64,000 nucleotides of DNA. Source: an uncultured Geobacter sp. (lineage in GTDB: Bacteria > Desulfobacterota > Desulfuromonadia > Geobacterales > Geobacteraceae). Both the position numbers and the translations under genes were made by a program. The notes below the pieces were generated by a model, which was not told where the DNA came from, searched no databases, and worked only from the letters and a program-made list of their open reading frames with translations. Each line of letters opens with the position of its first letter. The first letter of the stretch is position 1. The stretch is taken from assembly GCA_937886325.1 (NCBI GenBank), contig CALABV010000051.1, positions 7,754-71,753 of the forward strand, written 5' to 3'. Positions 63,012 to 64,000 of the stretch are shown here, piece after piece.

Positions 63012-63697
63012 CAATTCCGATTTACGGGAGAGTACGCTGGCTCCTCTCGTCCATTTTTTCATGCAGAGTCGTGCTGATACATTCACTCTCGTGCAGAAAC
63101 GAAATGCCGGCAAGCGACGCGGAAGGCAGCTACCGTTTTTCAAAGCTGACGGAATCTGATATTCCTGATCTCATGCATTTCCACGACACCTTCATCACGA
63201 AATGGAACAACATCTTTTCGCGGGACGATGTTTCCGCAAGATTGCGAAAAGGCCACCGGTGTTATCTTGCTCGGAAGAACGGCGAAATTGTTGGGTGTTA
63301 CTGGGTTGCATTCGATTCAGTGTACTCGCCTGACCTGAGATGCATCTTTGTTCTGAGCGAAGGATGCTTCGCAGACTATAATTTATTCGCCCGACCAGAC
63401 TGCCGTGGAGAGGGAATCACGCAAATACTCCGAGGAAAGGCCTTCACGGAACTGCGTCAGGAAGGCTATGAAACTTGCTATGATTACCTGAGTTCCAGAA
63501 ACACGCCTATCATCAAATGCAACAAAAAGTCCGGAGCCGTCACTGTCGGAAAAATCTATTACGGCTACCTTTTCGGCTGTTACTATCTTTTGTCTGTCAT
63601 CCCCAGGAAAGAAGGTATCAGGGTCGGCCGCGTTGAAGATTGTTTTTTTCGCTGGCGTAAGTTATTGAAGAAGCGATGCAGAGGTAGTCATACTTAA
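63008..63697 (+). CDS. GNAT-family N-acetyltransferase
   Basis: ATGA overlap with the ATP-grasp stop. ..GEIVGCYWVAF..LFARPDCRGEGITQILRGKAFTEL.. is a GNAT motif-A-like context (R-x-x-G-x-G). Confidence 0.65.
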   Translation: MTIPIYGRVRWLLSSIFSCRVVLIHSLSCRNEMPASDAEGSYRFSKLTESDIPDLMHFHDTFITKWNNIFSRDDVSARLRKGHRCYLARKNGEIVGCYWVAFDSVYSPDLRCIFVLSEGCFADYNLFARPDCRGEGITQILRGKAFTELRQEGYETCYDYLSSRNTPIIKCNKKSGAVTVGKIYYGYLFGCYYLLSVIPRKEGIRVGRVEDCFFRWRKLLKKRCRGSHT

Positions 63698-63786
63698 AAG
63701 TCTCCCTTGTAAAGTATATTTCCATTTCACCTTACTTCATGTAAAATTTATATCTTGTTATTCTACACATCTGATCGGATGTAGTG

Positions 63787-64000
63787 ATGAACACGATAAC
63801 ATTCATTAACAACTTAAGATTTACTGTATTGTTCAATATCAAACATCTCATAGCAGGTATTTACCATCTACTAATAATTTATTTTTGTAAAGATAAACAT
63901 TCATTCAATTTATGGAAAAACATATTTCATTTTTGCACTATAAATATTGTAAACGGAATCACCATAAAAGAATATCTTGAATTTAACATGACATCGTCTC
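63787..64000 (+). CDS. Partial ORF running off the window in a very AT-rich segment (hypothetical)
   Basis: Open frame from ATG 63787 (or GTG 63784) to the window end: MNTITFINNLRFTVLFNIKHLIAGIYHLLIIYF... No stop and no homology recognised. Confidence 0.3.
   Translation, partial: MNTITFINNLRFTVLFNIKHLIAGIYHLLIIYFCKDKHSFNLWKNIFHFCTINIVNGITIKEYLEFNMTSS

Overview
High-GC (about 58-60% in hand-counted lines) bacterial chromosome segment. The gene content looks like an anaerobic Desulfobacterota/deltaproteobacterial-type organism, but this taxonomic guess is low-confidence inference. Positions 1-22.2 kb are housekeeping: a soluble FIST-type chemoreceptor, tRNA-Ser(CGA), and a minus-strand glycine-cleavage operon (gcvT-gcvH-gcvPA-gcvPB) fused to lipoylation genes (LplA/LipM-like, lipA). 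These are followed by HtrA plus an OmpR-type regulator, prmA-rsmE, RNase D, a futalosine-pathway menaquinone block (mqnC, mqnE, ubiX-like, ubiA-like), znuABC and tRNA-Lys(CTT). From 22.5 kb to the end of the window every gene is on the + strand. A soluble PAS histidine kinase and a sigma-54 activator (GAFTGA motif) come first, then a candidate sigma-54 promoter. After that lies a roughly 38-kb exopolysaccharide locus whose first half matches, from memory, the conserved PEP-CTERM/exosortase-A-associated gene set: TPR lipoprotein, sugar transferase, Wza-like exporter, chain-length determinant, BY-kinase, beta-barrel, ExeA-like ATPase, AsnB-like enzyme, deacetylase, FemAB-like protein, ACP, AMP-ligase and PLP decarboxylase. 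No exosortase gene and no PEP-CTERM cargo gene is visible in the window. The most interesting items follow. (1) An uncharacterised ACP/ligase/decarboxylase/FemAB-like module and a terminal module of unknown protein + CphA-like ATP-grasp + GNAT. (2) An AsnB homologue without the N-terminal Cys nucleophile. (3) A periplasmic rhodanese gene split by an in-frame TGA in its active-site loop (selenocysteine or pseudogene). (4) A four-helix-bundle (23S-IVS-protein-like) gene inside G-rich/C-rich arm repeats, with an empty copy of the arms 25 kb upstream. (5) A roughly 170-nt MITE-like element in three copies, two of which bracket gcvT in inverted orientation. (6) A NusG paralogue in the middle of the cluster. 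(7) Clear compositional mosaicism with AT-rich cassettes. All family assignments come from motif reading and recollection; no database search was run.
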